A stretch of 64,000 bases of DNA, taken from an uncultured bacterium. Lineage in GTDB: Bacteria > Lindowbacteria > 2-12-FULL-62-27. The position numbers were made by a program, and so were the translations under genes. Within the stretch, counting starts at the first letter, position 1. The number at the start of each line of letters is the position of its first letter. Under the pieces are notes generated by a model. It was not told the origin of the DNA. It made no database searches and saw only the letters and a program-made list of their open reading frames with translations. The stretch covers positions 762 to 64,761 of the forward strand of contig CAZHRJ010000001.1 in the NCBI GenBank assembly GCA_964534765.1, written 5' to 3'. Shown here piece after piece: positions 56,079-64,000 of the stretch.

Positions 56079-57113
56079 ATGCGGAATCTGAAATACTGGC
56101 AGGCGCTGTCCGAGGGGCTCATTCAGGCGATGGAGCGTGACCCGGCAATTTTCGTGACCGGGATTTCGGTCGATTACTCATCGGGCATATTCGGATCGAC
56201 CGTGGAGGCGTGCCGGCGATTCGGGCCGAGACGAGTATTTGACGCGCCGGCGATGGAAAACGCGCTCACCGGCATCGCGATCGGCGCGGCGGCGATGGGC
56301 AAACGGCCGATGCTGGTGCATCCGCGGAATGATTTCATGTTCCTCGCGCTCGATCAGATGATCAACCTGGCGGCGAAATGGAAATACATGTTCGGCGGAA
56401 ATGCCGGCGACATGGGCATCGTGATCCGCGCCGTTGTCGGCAAGGGATGGGGCCAGGGGGCCACGCACTCTCAGAGCCTTCACGCAATCCTCGCCCATTT
56501 TCCGGGACTCAAGGTCCTCCTGCCCGCGTCTCCAAAAGACGCCAAGGGGCTGACGCTCGCGGCGCTTCGAAGCCCATCGCCGGTTGTCATCCTGGAACAT
56601 CGGGCGCTCTACAACACCGAAGGACCCGTCCCGGAGGAACCCGTCGAGACTCCCATCGGTCAGGCGGACGTCATTCGGCAAGGCCGGGACGTCACCATTG
56701 TCGCGGCGTCCCTGATGGTCCAGGAAGCGTTCATTGCGGCGGAGGAACTGGAAAAGGAGGGCGTGTCGGTCGAGCTTATCGATATTCGATCCATGCGGCC
56801 GCTCGATGAAAAAACGATTCTCGACTCCATTCGAAAAACCGGCCGGCTGGTCGTGGTCGACACCAGCTGGGAGATGTGCGGCATGACCAGCGAAATCGCG
56901 GCCCTCGCGGCCGAAAAAGCTTTCCCGGATCTAAAAGCGCCCGTGCGCCGACTGGCCCTGGCCAATTGCCCGGCGCCGGTGTCGATGTCTCTCGAAAACG
57001 TGTTTTACCCGAAACCCTCGACCATCGCGAAAGCGGTTCTCGCCATGCTCGGCAAATCCAGCGACCGAATCGGCGATATCGATCCCGAGGACACGTTTAA
57101 AGGCCCCTACTGA
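56079..57113 (+). CDS. thiamine-diphosphate-dependent dehydrogenase E1 component, beta subunit (transketolase-like)
   Basis: 344 aa. RVFDAPAMENALTGIAIGAA, GATHSQS, IDIRSMRPLD are E1-beta blocks. Confidence 0.85.
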   Translation: MRNLKYWQALSEGLIQAMERDPAIFVTGISVDYSSGIFGSTVEACRRFGPRRVFDAPAMENALTGIAIGAAAMGKRPMLVHPRNDFMFLALDQMINLAAKWKYMFGGNAGDMGIVIRAVVGKGWGQGATHSQSLHAILAHFPGLKVLLPASPKDAKGLTLAALRSPSPVVILEHRALYNTEGPVPEEPVETPIGQADVIRQGRDVTIVAASLMVQEAFIAAEELEKEGVSVELIDIRSMRPLDEKTILDSIRKTGRLVVVDTSWEMCGMTSEIAALAAEKAFPDLKAPVRRLALANCPAPVSMSLENVFYPKPSTIAKAVLAMLGKSSDRIGDIDPEDTFKGPY

Positions 57114-58447
57114 CCGCCGTCCGTCGTGGGAGGTGGAGCGCCCAGGACAATTTGTCTCAGTCCCGCATAACGGCATTTAGTACGGTCAAGCGTGTCAAAC
57201 GGATCGATAACGGTCCCACCGGCCATCCACGCGCGAATTTCGGACGGAGGAATTTCCGAGAATTCCTTCCAGGGCGTCATGATCGCCAGCACGTCAACGC
57301 CATCACAGGCCGCCCGCGGGCTGCGAGTCTGGATAACATCCGGCGCTTCCGCGGCGCTGACCCGCGCCTGGGGATCATAGGCCTTGATCGGCCGGTCACA
57401 CTGACCGGCCGGGAGTTGGGAAAGTGCGCGTATGAGTTCGATTGAAGGCGAGTTTTTAATCGAAGCCGTGTCTGTCTTGTAGGCGATTCCCCAGATGCCG
57501 ATCTTCGCGGGCGCCCGCCGAGTCGCGCCGGCGGACAGAACATGCCGCTCGATCATCGCCATCGGCCAGTTTTTCCGATGCCGGCTGTTGGCCAGAAACG
57601 ATTCGGCGGCACGCCCGTCAGCGCCATGCGTTACGGCCAGATCGCAGACCGCCGTGATATCCCGCTCGATGTTCCCGCCGCCGATGCCCAGACCCGGGAC
57701 CAGATACGCGTAGGGACCAATCCGTCGGTCGGTCTTCAGCGCCGGGATGATTTCCGACCAGTCCGCTCCGGTCGACTCGCAAATCTCCGCCAGGGTGTTG
57801 GCCACGGTCAGAGACGAGGCCAGACAGAGATTGATTGATATTTTGGCAAGTTCCGCGCTTTCATACTTCATCCGGAAAATCGGGCAGCCGTACGCGCCTA
57901 AAACCGCGGCGTACGATTCAGGCAAAGGCTCTCCGGGATTCTCACAACCGATGATGAACCGCTCGGGATGAATGGCCCGGTCGACCGCGTTGCCGAAAAT
58001 CAGCGTTTCAACCTGGTAATAGAGCCGGATTCCAGGAGCAGGGCACATCCTCCCGATCGAAGAAACCAGGGAACGCATCATGCCGGGCTGAATCTGGCTC
58101 ATGACGATAAACACCGTGTTCGGCCTAATCTCGCCGACCGCGCGCGCGAATACCTCATGAAATCGGGTGAGGTCGCATCGGTTCTGATCGTCCGTGGCAA
58201 GGTCGAGTGACAGATACACGACGGGGCAGGATGATAGCGCCGACGCGTCGGACGTGAATCGAATGGACCCTGAATGCGCGCGCCACAGATCGGCCAGGCC
58301 CTTTTCGTAAATTGGAAACTTCCCCTGCGACAGATCCCGGCATAGCGAATCACTCGGGTCAAACGCCACAACCGGGCCCAGACCCCTCGATGCCGCGGCG
58401 AGACTGGACACGATCCCCAGATGCGACAGTCCGGCGAATCCGATCAT
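57107..58447 (-). CDS. nucleotide-sugar dehydrogenase (UDP-glucose/GDP-mannose dehydrogenase family)
   Basis: ATG at 58447 (ATGA overlap with the upstream stop) within ORF 57107..58666. N-terminal Rossmann MIGFAGLSHLGIV, central GLGIGGGNIERD-type catalytic region, C-terminal GIAYKTDTASIKNSP. Confidence 0.7.
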   Translation of the reverse strand: MIGFAGLSHLGIVSSLAAASRGLGPVVAFDPSDSLCRDLSQGKFPIYEKGLADLWRAHSGSIRFTSDASALSSCPVVYLSLDLATDDQNRCDLTRFHEVFARAVGEIRPNTVFIVMSQIQPGMMRSLVSSIGRMCPAPGIRLYYQVETLIFGNAVDRAIHPERFIIGCENPGEPLPESYAAVLGAYGCPIFRMKYESAELAKISINLCLASSLTVANTLAEICESTGADWSEIIPALKTDRRIGPYAYLVPGLGIGGGNIERDITAVCDLAVTHGADGRAAESFLANSRHRKNWPMAMIERHVLSAGATRRAPAKIGIWGIAYKTDTASIKNSPSIELIRALSQLPAGQCDRPIKAYDPQARVSAAEAPDVIQTRSPRAACDGVDVLAIMTPWKEFSEIPPSEIRAWMAGGTVIDPFDTLDRTKCRYAGLRQIVLGAPPPTTDGGQ

Positions 58448-59367
58448 GTCGAAATACCGTTGAGGATTGAATGGATCCACACGTCGTTGTCCAGGTTCGT
58501 GCCGGCCGGAGGCGCTGATCCTGCGCCGGCGCAGAGGCTCTGAAAATGCCGGTATTCCATCCCCCATGTCGGGTCCGGCCCATCCACGCGCTCGATCTCT
58601 TCTTCCGGGCGGCCGCTGGGAAATATGCGTTTGCGAATCCTTAGCGTGTTTGGCCCCCATTTGCAAAGTCCGCCCACATGGAGACTGCCCAGCTCGCCGA
58701 TAACGTCGATGCGGAACGTGTTTTTCCAGGAAACCAGCGACATCTCCAGTTCAATCACCGGCAGGCCGTCGCGGCTGATCAGGATGGCGTGGTCATAGGC
58801 GTTGTTTTCAAACCGGTTCAGACACGAAACCGAATAGTCCCGCTTCTTTTGCCCGAACAAAAAATCCGTGAGATCCAGAAGATGGGATCCCAGATCGGAA
58901 ACGACGCCAAGACCCTTGTCGCGCCATGGCGAATTCCTGAAATCCCGCGCGGTGCCGTTTCCATAATGGAGTTTCGCCAGATACACAGACCCGATCACTC
59001 GCTGGTCCAAAAGCGATTTTAATCGCGCGATGTTGGGTTCGAATCGGTGGTTGTACGCCGTATAACACGCCACGTTCCGGGACCGCGCCAGGGACTGCAC
59101 CGCCGATATCTCGCTCGCGTCGGCCGGCAGGAGCGGTTTTTCCACCAGAACATGCTTCTCGCTCGACAGCAGGTACTCCACAATTGGAATCTTCGCGGAT
59201 TCGGGCGTGCACACCATCGCGGCGTCGTAGTCCCCAATCGGTACGTCCTCAACGCGCCGGTATCGGGCATCCGGAACGACGGGATCCACCGTGGCGACGA
59301 CATCACTGCCGGCCACGGCGATTCGTTTACGGCCCTGAATCCCGAGGCCGACGACGATCATTCTCAC
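58444..59367 (-). CDS. Gfo/Idh/MocA-family oxidoreductase
   Basis: 307 aa. MRMIVVGLGIQGRKR Rossmann start and EKPL motif (VLVEKPLL). Confidence 0.8.
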   Translation of the reverse strand: MRMIVVGLGIQGRKRIAVAGSDVVATVDPVVPDARYRRVEDVPIGDYDAAMVCTPESAKIPIVEYLLSSEKHVLVEKPLLPADASEISAVQSLARSRNVACYTAYNHRFEPNIARLKSLLDQRVIGSVYLAKLHYGNGTARDFRNSPWRDKGLGVVSDLGSHLLDLTDFLFGQKKRDYSVSCLNRFENNAYDHAILISRDGLPVIELEMSLVSWKNTFRIDVIGELGSLHVGGLCKWGPNTLRIRKRIFPSGRPEEEIERVDGPDPTWGMEYRHFQSLCAGAGSAPPAGTNLDNDVWIHSILNGIST

Positions 59368-60917
59368 GCAAACGTCAGCTTCTTTTCCACCGAATCGAGC
59401 TTCGCATTGATGTCCGCCGGCGTCACGGGAATGTTGCCTTCACGCTCGCACGCCACAGCCGCCGCCATCGACCCCAGAATCGACGCGATCACCGGCGATC
59501 GCGTGGTCGCCAGGGACAGAGTCGAATAGGCCAGGAGCGCGTCGCCCGCGCCCACCGCGTCGGCCACTCGGACGGCGAAACTGTCCACTGTGAAAAATGA
59601 CCGGACGTCAAAACTCGGCCGGATATACGTGATGATCCCCCGCGACCCCAGCTTCAAGATCAGTGTCCTGCACCGTGACCGTTTGTACAACTCCAGCGCC
59701 AGCGGCCGGATCACCGAATCCTGTTCGCCGAGCGAAAATCTCGCCTCCCGCTCGTTCGGCGTGATGAGATCAAATTCCTGAAAATCGAGAATATTCCCCC
59801 ACCGGCTCGCAACCTGGCTGTCGGCAACGCGAATCGGACCCTTCGGCAGGGCCGCGGTGAGGTCCGGAATGCTCTCGTGATTGAAAATTCCGTGCCGAAA
59901 ATCGCTGAATATGAAAGCGTCCGACGACTCGGCCGACAACCGGGCCTTGAGCTTGTCCACGATCCGCGCGGTGATCGGCCGGTTGTCCACCCGGTCGAAC
60001 TTGAGAAGCCGGTATCCATCCGAGATGAAAACATTTTTTTGCGTCGTCGGCCGGGTCGAATCGACGACAAACTCGCCCTCCACGCCGGCGCTGGTGACTT
60101 CGCGGACAACGAAATCCTTGAGCGCGTCATTCCCTAAAACGGTGGAAAACCGGACCCGGGCGCCGGTCGCCGCCACATGCCGGGCCACAACCGCCGCGCC
60201 GCCGGCAAAATCTATGTGCCGGTCGTACTTGACGCTCAGTGTCGGAGTCTTGACCGACCCGCTGTTGATCGTGGTGCAGTAGGTGTAGGAATCGACAATG
60301 GTGTCGCCCAGAACGTGGACGCGCGCGCCCCGGAACGATTCGATGGCGCTGCGCAGAGTCCCAACCGTGATGCCTTCCGACTCCATGAGCGTCCCGAGTT
60401 TTTCGATTGCCAGGCCCGGGATGCCGCTTTCGATGAAGGCCGATGATGAAAAAACAACGTCGCCCGGCGTGAAGATGATCTCTCCGCCATACGCGTTCAG
60501 AGCCTCGATCTCCTCACCGGTCTTCGGATGGACCCCGCCCTCGAAATACTCGTATCCCTTCGCGAAAAAGTCCGGCTGGATCGTCCGGATCGATTCAATG
60601 GGAGTGGCGTTGTCGTCGATCAGGACGAAGTCCACCATCTCGAGCGCGGCGAGGTTCATCGCGCGCAGGTCCTGCGGAACAAACGGCCGGAAATTCGCCT
60701 TGCTGATGTGCGCGTCGCAGGTGAGACTCGCGATCAGAACGTCGGCCTTGGACTTGGCGTACATCAGGTGCCGGATGTGTCCCGGATGAACCAGATCAAA
60801 CGTTCCATGACACAGGATGACCCATTTCTTGCGCGGCCGGGGACCCAGGATGTCGACAAGTTCCCGGCGGGTTTTGATTTTCCGGCGGTATCCGCCGTCG
60901 ATTGCCGGCTGGGTCAT
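59364..60917 (-). CDS. bifunctional nucleotidyltransferase (RfaE domain II-like, N-terminal) / PfkB sugar kinase (RfaE domain I-like, C-terminal)
   Basis: 517 aa. N-terminal HGTFDLVHPGHIRHL (HxGH cytidylyl/adenylyltransferase motif) ... PDFFAKGYEY. C-terminal half has the PfkB pattern HVLGDTIVDSY ... DAVGAGDALLA. The domain order is the reverse of HldE. Confidence 0.75.
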   Translation of the reverse strand: MTQPAIDGGYRRKIKTRRELVDILGPRPRKKWVILCHGTFDLVHPGHIRHLMYAKSKADVLIASLTCDAHISKANFRPFVPQDLRAMNLAALEMVDFVLIDDNATPIESIRTIQPDFFAKGYEYFEGGVHPKTGEEIEALNAYGGEIIFTPGDVVFSSSAFIESGIPGLAIEKLGTLMESEGITVGTLRSAIESFRGARVHVLGDTIVDSYTYCTTINSGSVKTPTLSVKYDRHIDFAGGAAVVARHVAATGARVRFSTVLGNDALKDFVVREVTSAGVEGEFVVDSTRPTTQKNVFISDGYRLLKFDRVDNRPITARIVDKLKARLSAESSDAFIFSDFRHGIFNHESIPDLTAALPKGPIRVADSQVASRWGNILDFQEFDLITPNEREARFSLGEQDSVIRPLALELYKRSRCRTLILKLGSRGIITYIRPSFDVRSFFTVDSFAVRVADAVGAGDALLAYSTLSLATTRSPVIASILGSMAAAVACEREGNIPVTPADINAKLDSVEKKLTFA

Positions 60918-60936
60918 CGGTTGGTCGGGATGGGAT

Positions 60937-61716
60937 CTAGGCGGGCGCTACCCCGGACTTTGCGGTGATCGTGTAATTGGCCGCGACCGCGTCCTTGCGG
61001 AACATCTTGACCGTGTCGAGTGAAAACTCATCGAGACTTTTTCCGACGAGCGGCAGTTTGGAGAGGACGTCATTTGTGGCCGTGATGATGTGGCATCCGA
61101 CCGCGGCGGCCTGAAAGACATTGAGAAGTTCCCGTGGACTGGCCCAGATCAACTCGGACGCGGGATTGGACTTGAGAATCTTCACGCACTCCGACATGAT
61201 CGGACACGGATCGCGGCCCGTGTCGGCGATCCGGCCGGCGAAGACCGACACGTAACTGCGGACGTCTTTCGACAAATGGTTCAACACCGCCGTCACCTGT
61301 TCCGGAGTCATGACGGCCGTGACGTTGACCTGCACCCCCGCGCCCGTCAAGTCCCGGATGAGAGGGCCGGAAAAATCGCCGCGGGTATTGCTGACGGGAA
61401 TTTTGACATAGATGTTTTTCGCCGCGCCGGAGGACGCGCCGCAGGACGCGCCCCAGGACGCGATTTCCATCGCCTGAACACGCATCTCGGCAAAGTCATC
61501 CGAAAAAACTTCAAAGGAGATTGGCTTTTCGCCGATGATCGCCAGCGCCTCCTGCGCAAAGGCCCTGTAATCAGTCACGCCGGCCTTGCGCATCAGCGTC
61601 GGATTCGTTGTGAATCCCCGGATCAGCGGATTCTTCGCCAATTCGGCTATGACATCAATATCCGCGCCGTCGCCGAACAGTTTCACCTTCAGACTCCGAC
61701 CATCGATCATGGCCAC
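60937..61716 (-). CDS. transaldolase-family protein
   Basis: 259 aa. GFTTNPTLM block and IYVKIP (Schiff-base lysine region). Confidence 0.8.
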   Translation of the reverse strand: MAMIDGRSLKVKLFGDGADIDVIAELAKNPLIRGFTTNPTLMRKAGVTDYRAFAQEALAIIGEKPISFEVFSDDFAEMRVQAMEIASWGASCGASSGAAKNIYVKIPVSNTRGDFSGPLIRDLTGAGVQVNVTAVMTPEQVTAVLNHLSKDVRSYVSVFAGRIADTGRDPCPIMSECVKILKSNPASELIWASPRELLNVFQAAAVGCHIITATNDVLSKLPLVGKSLDEFSLDTVKMFRKDAVAANYTITAKSGVAPA

Positions 61717-61770
61717 ACTGTATCACACCCTGTTTCTCTGGCAAGATCGACTATGATACGGTTGGCGGTC

Positions 61771-62604
61771 ATGAAGGCTCTTGAAGGCCGCGCCGGGATC
61801 GTCACCGGCGCGGGACGCGGGATCGGCCGCGCCATCGCGCTGGCATTGGCCGGCGAAGGCGCTCGGCTGGTACTCGTGTCCCGCACGCAAACGGAACTAG
61901 AGGAAACGGAAAAGCTGATTCTGTCAGCCGGTGGCGCCGCGCGGATCATGGCCGCCGACGTGTCTCAACCCGATACCGCCGGTCGGGCGGTGGAGGCCTG
62001 CGGAGAATTCTTCGGATCGGTCGACATCCTGGTCAATTCGGCGGGAATCATCGGACCCATTGGGCCCGTGGAAGAGGCGTCGCTTCATGACTGGCGGCGG
62101 ACGATCGACATCAACCTCACGGCGACGTTTCTCTTCATCAAGGCCGTCCTGCCGATCATGAAAAAACAAAAGCGCGGGAAAATCATCAACCTTTCCGGTG
62201 GCGGCGCGTCCGCCGGGTTTCCCCTGCACGCCGCGTACGCCGCGGCCAAAGTCGCCATCGTCCGGCTGACGGAAACGGTCGCCATGGAAGTCATCGACCA
62301 CAACATCCAGGTCAATGCCATCGCGCCCGGCACGGTCAACACGCGGATCTTCGAGGAAATGCTCGCCGCCGGCCCGCGGGGCGGAGAGGCCGATTACATC
62401 AGGCTCCAGGAACAAAAAAAATCCGGCGGGGTACCGCCTGAAAAAGCCGCCCAGCTCGCCGTATTCCTCGCCTCGGACGCGGCCGGCGCCCTGTCAGGCC
62501 GGCTGGTCAGCGCCGTATGGGACAAATGGCAATCCTGGTCGGCGGATGACCTGCGCCGGATTCAGTCCGGCGAGATGTTGCAGCTTCGCCGCCTGACAGG
62601 CTAG
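61771..62604 (+). CDS. SDR-family oxidoreductase
   Basis: The ATG at 61771 gives MKALEGRAGIVTGAGRGIGRAIA; an alternative ATG lies at 61753. NSAG and catalytic YAAAK. The upstream part of ORF 61090..62604 is antisense to the transaldolase gene. Confidence 0.85.
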   Translation: MKALEGRAGIVTGAGRGIGRAIALALAGEGARLVLVSRTQTELEETEKLILSAGGAARIMAADVSQPDTAGRAVEACGEFFGSVDILVNSAGIIGPIGPVEEASLHDWRRTIDINLTATFLFIKAVLPIMKKQKRGKIINLSGGGASAGFPLHAAYAAAKVAIVRLTETVAMEVIDHNIQVNAIAPGTVNTRIFEEMLAAGPRGGEADYIRLQEQKKSGGVPPEKAAQLAVFLASDAAGALSGRLVSAVWDKWQSWSADDLRRIQSGEMLQLRRLTG

Positions 62605-63503
62605 GGCCGGCGGATTCCGACCAGTTCGATGAGATCGTGGGCGAGATGTTTGCCGCGTTTGGCCAGGAAATAAAACAGCGTGCTGAGGATCAATACCGGT
62701 TTTCGACCCCGGGCAACCGGCGCGCGGAGAATCGCGCCGAGATGCGCGAACAACAAGCGCCAGAATGTCAGCCGCATGCCGAGGTATTTGCGGCCCTCGC
62801 CGGAGTACATAGTCGTTCGGTAATTCTCCAGTTTGTCCCGCAGGTGCGTGAGGCGTTTGGTTATTTTAAGGAAATAGAGTTCTTCCGGGACAAACGCGAT
62901 GGATCCGATCAGGGTCAGCTCAAATAAAACCAGATTGTCGTTGCACATCACCGGCCGGTAGAGCCGGGTTTTTCGCAGCGATTCGGCGCGAAAAATACCG
63001 TAGATCGGATCGCTTCCCTGAAGACCCCAGAAAAGCACATTGACCCGGGATGCGACGTTCATCCATCGCGTGTCCAGCCGGCCCTGAGGCGCCGCCGGCA
63101 CCCTCGTCCCATCCACCTCAACACCCGGCACCAGCGGATACGCGCAGACCACCGCGGGGTCGGACTCGAGTATCGGGAGAAGCTTTGAAATATACCCGGA
63201 CGCGTGCAGATCGTGGCCCGCCGCCCAGGCAAAATAGGGACTCCGGCATTGGCTGAATACGAAATTCGGATTTTCCACAATGCCGAGCCGGCGCGCGTGC
63301 CGGATGTACCGGATGCGGCTGTCGCGCGCGGCGTATTCACGGCAGATGCTTTCCGTCGCGTCAGTCGAGGCGTCGTCCGAAATGACGAGTTCAAAATCTT
63401 TGTAATCCTGCGCTAGAATCCCGTCGAGCGTCGCCCGAATGTTGTTTTCCTCGTTGCGCGCGAACATCCCGATGCAGACTGTGGGAATCCGGTTCGTTTC
63501 CAT
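62601..63503 (-). CDS. GT2-family glycosyltransferase (paralog of 54130..55044)
   Basis: 300 aa. VCIGMFARNEENNI, VISDDASTDAT, RIRYIRHARRLG. The C-terminal RKPVLILSTLFYFLAKRGKHLAHDLIELVG parallels the paralog. Confidence 0.75.
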   Translation of the reverse strand: METNRIPTVCIGMFARNEENNIRATLDGILAQDYKDFELVISDDASTDATESICREYAARDSRIRYIRHARRLGIVENPNFVFSQCRSPYFAWAAGHDLHASGYISKLLPILESDPAVVCAYPLVPGVEVDGTRVPAAPQGRLDTRWMNVASRVNVLFWGLQGSDPIYGIFRAESLRKTRLYRPVMCNDNLVLFELTLIGSIAFVPEELYFLKITKRLTHLRDKLENYRTTMYSGEGRKYLGMRLTFWRLLFAHLGAILRAPVARGRKPVLILSTLFYFLAKRGKHLAHDLIELVGIRRP

Positions 63504-63548
63504 ATCCTATGCGGGGCCGACTGTAATTAAACGTCGAATCGAACGCAA

Positions 63549-64000
63549 CTACCGATCTCCATGTACCAAACGGGAATCGTCGGAGGCCAGAGAGGTCCGG
63601 ACCTGCCGGACGGTTTCCTCCATTACCGGACTTGCGGCCGGCGGGGCGTCACCGGATAAACTCCGGATAACCCGGTGTCGGTCGCCTTCGTGGTAGGGAC
63701 CGCTCCGGGACGGATCGGTATGCCAGAACAGTGTCACGGTCCGGCATCCCACGGCGTAAGCCATCACGGCAATGCCGGTATCGCCGGATACCAGCACCGC
63801 CAGACGGCGTAACAGGTCCGGCATGTCCTCGATTGCAACCGACCCGGCCAGATTGAACATGCGAGACGGCGACTCGGAACAAATCTCGCCGCATAAAACC
63901 CTCTCGCGGGCTGACCCGGTCGCCAGGATGACGGACCGCGGAAACTCGCGCAATAGCTCGACGGCCAGACGGCGGTACTGCGCCGTCGGCCAGCGCTTCT
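63549..64000 (-). CDS. GT9-family glycosyltransferase (C-terminal part; 5' end beyond the window)
   Basis: The frame stays open to base 64000 (..RWPTAQYRRLAVELLREFPRSVILATG..). GT9 block VSGDTGIAVMAYAVGCRTVTLFWHTDP. Confidence 0.7.
   Translation of the reverse strand, partial: KRWPTAQYRRLAVELLREFPRSVILATGSARERVLCGEICSESPSRMFNLAGSVAIEDMPDLLRRLAVLVSGDTGIAVMAYAVGCRTVTLFWHTDPSRSGPYHEGDRHRVIRSLSGDAPPAASPVMEETVRQVRTSLASDDSRLVHGDR

Noticed and set aside
58448-58666. 73-codon N-terminal extension of the nucleotide-sugar dehydrogenase ORF
   Set aside because: It overlaps the 3' end of the Gfo/Idh/MocA gene. The Rossmann fold starts right at the ATG at 58447, which forms an ATGA overlap with the upstream stop.
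61090-61770. N-terminal 227 codons of the 504-aa ORF 61090..62604
   Set aside because: This part is antisense to the transaldolase gene and low complexity. The SDR domain begins with the TGAGRGIG motif just after the ATGs at 61753 and 61771.
1-64000. CRISPR arrays, prophage, IS elements, toxin-antitoxin or known defence-system genes
   Set aside because: Reading both strands, I found no regularly spaced direct repeats and no integrase, transposase, recombinase, capsid, terminase or nuclease-type ORFs. The only candidate accessory-type gene is the orphan DUF4143 AAA ATPase. Its neighbour is a small-molecule-type O-methyltransferase, not a DNA methyltransferase.

Overview
High-GC chromosomal segment from a diderm (Gram-negative-type) bacterium. 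I found no rRNA, CRISPR array, transposase, integrase or phage genes. Housekeeping blocks: the 3' end of rpoC, tRNA-Thr(UGU), metX-cupin-metY, glyQ-glyS-cutA, an aa3-type cytochrome c oxidase operon (coxB-coxA-coxC-coxD plus a small CxxC membrane protein), an LptF/G-family permease and murJ. These are interleaved with more than 40 kb of envelope-glycan genes. That set includes GT2/GT4/GT9 glycosyltransferases, two AsnB-like amidotransferases, DegT and RfbH-type PLP enzymes, rmlA/rfbB/RmlC-like genes, and a complete GDP-D-glycero-alpha-D-manno-heptose gene set (hddA-hddC-gmhA-gmhB). It also includes an HldE-like enzyme with reversed domain order, an orphan TPP-dependent E1 alpha/beta pair, a transaldolase and several methyltransferases. 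Most unusual observations: (1) a 28-29 bp hairpin palindrome (CGGCCGGCGTCGGAGACGCCGGCACTTGG) sits in-frame inside three different protein-coding genes, in both orientations, resembling Rickettsia RPE-type intragenic elements. (2) A ~60 bp bulged-hairpin intergenic repeat occurs twice, with differences confined to unpaired positions. (3) A ~1,790-aa outer-membrane protein with calcium-binding Asp repeats and a possible SprA-like architecture is divergent from the Lpt permease gene. (4) An 18-bp stem buries the TTG start of gmhB and encloses an 11-codon mini-ORF. (5) Two near-consensus sigma70-type promoters lie so close to their start codons that the mRNAs would be leaderless or nearly so. (6) A lower-GC two-gene insert (DUF4143-type AAA ATPase plus a methyltransferase) splits the glycan locus. 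All functional calls come from motif recognition by eye. No database search was run.
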